Notes under the pieces: generated by a model
The model's input: the letters and a program-made list of their open reading frames with translations, nothing else
What the model was told of the DNA's origin: nothing
Databases searched by the model: none
Origin: Polyangia bacterium
GTDB lineage: Bacteria > Myxococcota_A > Polyangia > Fen-1088
Assembly (NCBI GenBank): GCA_035607055.1
Contig: DATNDC010000129.1
Location: forward strand, 8,999-72,998
Direction: 5' to 3'
DNA length: 64,000 nucleotides
In this document: piece after piece, positions 63,616-64,000 of the stretch
Layout: each line of letters begins with the position of its first letter
How positions within the stretch are numbered: the first letter of the stretch is position 1
Position numbers and translations under genes: made by a program

Positions 63616-64000
63616 ATGACCTGGGACGAGCGCGTGGGCGTCGCGTTGGGGTTGCTGGCGGTGTCGATCGCGTTCGCCGTCTCCGCCTGCGGCATCGGGG
63701 GCCCCTTCCCCGACGGGCACTACGCCTCGACGTCGGTGATCGGGACGGCGGCCTACAACAGCTACCGCTGGAACACGCTGTTGCCGATCGAGACCTACCT
63801 CGACCACGCGCCGAACGCGTCGCTCTACTACATGCACCACCCGCTGGGGATGTTCTGGGTCGTCGACGTCCTGGGGAAGGTGTTCGGGCTCCACGACTGG
63901 GTGCTGCGCCTGCCGCCGCTCTTCTATGTCACGGTGACGACGGCGCTCCTCTACAAGCTCGGGCGCGCGCTCTGGGGGGCGCTTCCGGGCGGGCTCTGCG
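63616..64000 (+). CDS. ArnT/PMT-like (GT39/GT83-type) membrane glycosyltransferase, N-terminal fragment (runs off window)
   Basis: The frame is open to the window end and absent from the track because it has no stop. MTWDERVGVALGLLAVSIAFAV ... YYMHHPLGMFWVVDVLGKVFGLHDWVLRLPPLFYVTVTTALLYKLGRALWG matches the HPPL..G.....RLPS.L......L.Y.L pattern of GT-C enzymes. An alternative in-frame ATG lies at 63505. Confidence 0.55.
   Translation, partial: MTWDERVGVALGLLAVSIAFAVSACGIGGPFPDGHYASTSVIGTAAYNSYRWNTLLPIETYLDHAPNASLYYMHHPLGMFWVVDVLGKVFGLHDWVLRLPPLFYVTVTTALLYKLGRALWGALPGGLC

Overview
This is a very GC-rich 64-kb chromosomal window (G/C at almost every third codon position), gene-dense on both strands. 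Several features suggest a myxobacterium-like (Myxococcota) genome, which is an inference: an IF3 with a Pro/Ala-rich C-terminal tail, many TPR/HEAT/lipoprotein genes, a eukaryotic-like kinase, and a GldG-type ABC system. Most long ORFs in the six-frame track are antisense GC artefacts. I call about 55 real CDSs, 3 tRNAs, one intergenic repeat family and one MITE-like element. The housekeeping backbone is: tamB-like, polA, yicC-gmk-relA, tmk, surE-pcm-M23/LysM-apt-gluQ, and thrS-infC-[2-gene insertion]-rpmI-rplT-pheS-pheT-ihfA-merR. The window also carries dTDP-rhamnose and GDP-fucose nucleotide-sugar genes and a gldA / fused gldF-gldG / DUF4340 ABC system. The most interesting locus is 42038-45494. 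It is a translationally coupled operon of an unannotated 52-codon ORF (basic leader, two Cys, C-terminal Ser), an HPr-kinase-like protein, a PqqD-like protein and a radical SAM/SPASM enzyme, followed by a DUF402-like gene. It looks like a RiPP pathway combining rSAM cross-linking with possible C-terminal Ser phosphorylation, with no lasso cyclase or protease. Other notable items: a 72-nt intergenic repeat with mutually exclusive hairpins at three or more loci; a lower-GC islet (31.4-34.8 kb) with a MITE-like element and a ricin-lectin lipoprotein bearing a novel Cys-bounded triple repeat; a two-gene insertion inside the infC-rpmI operon; a ThrRS without a TGS domain; and a probable pseudokinase. 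All functional calls rest on motif recognition by eye. No database search was possible.
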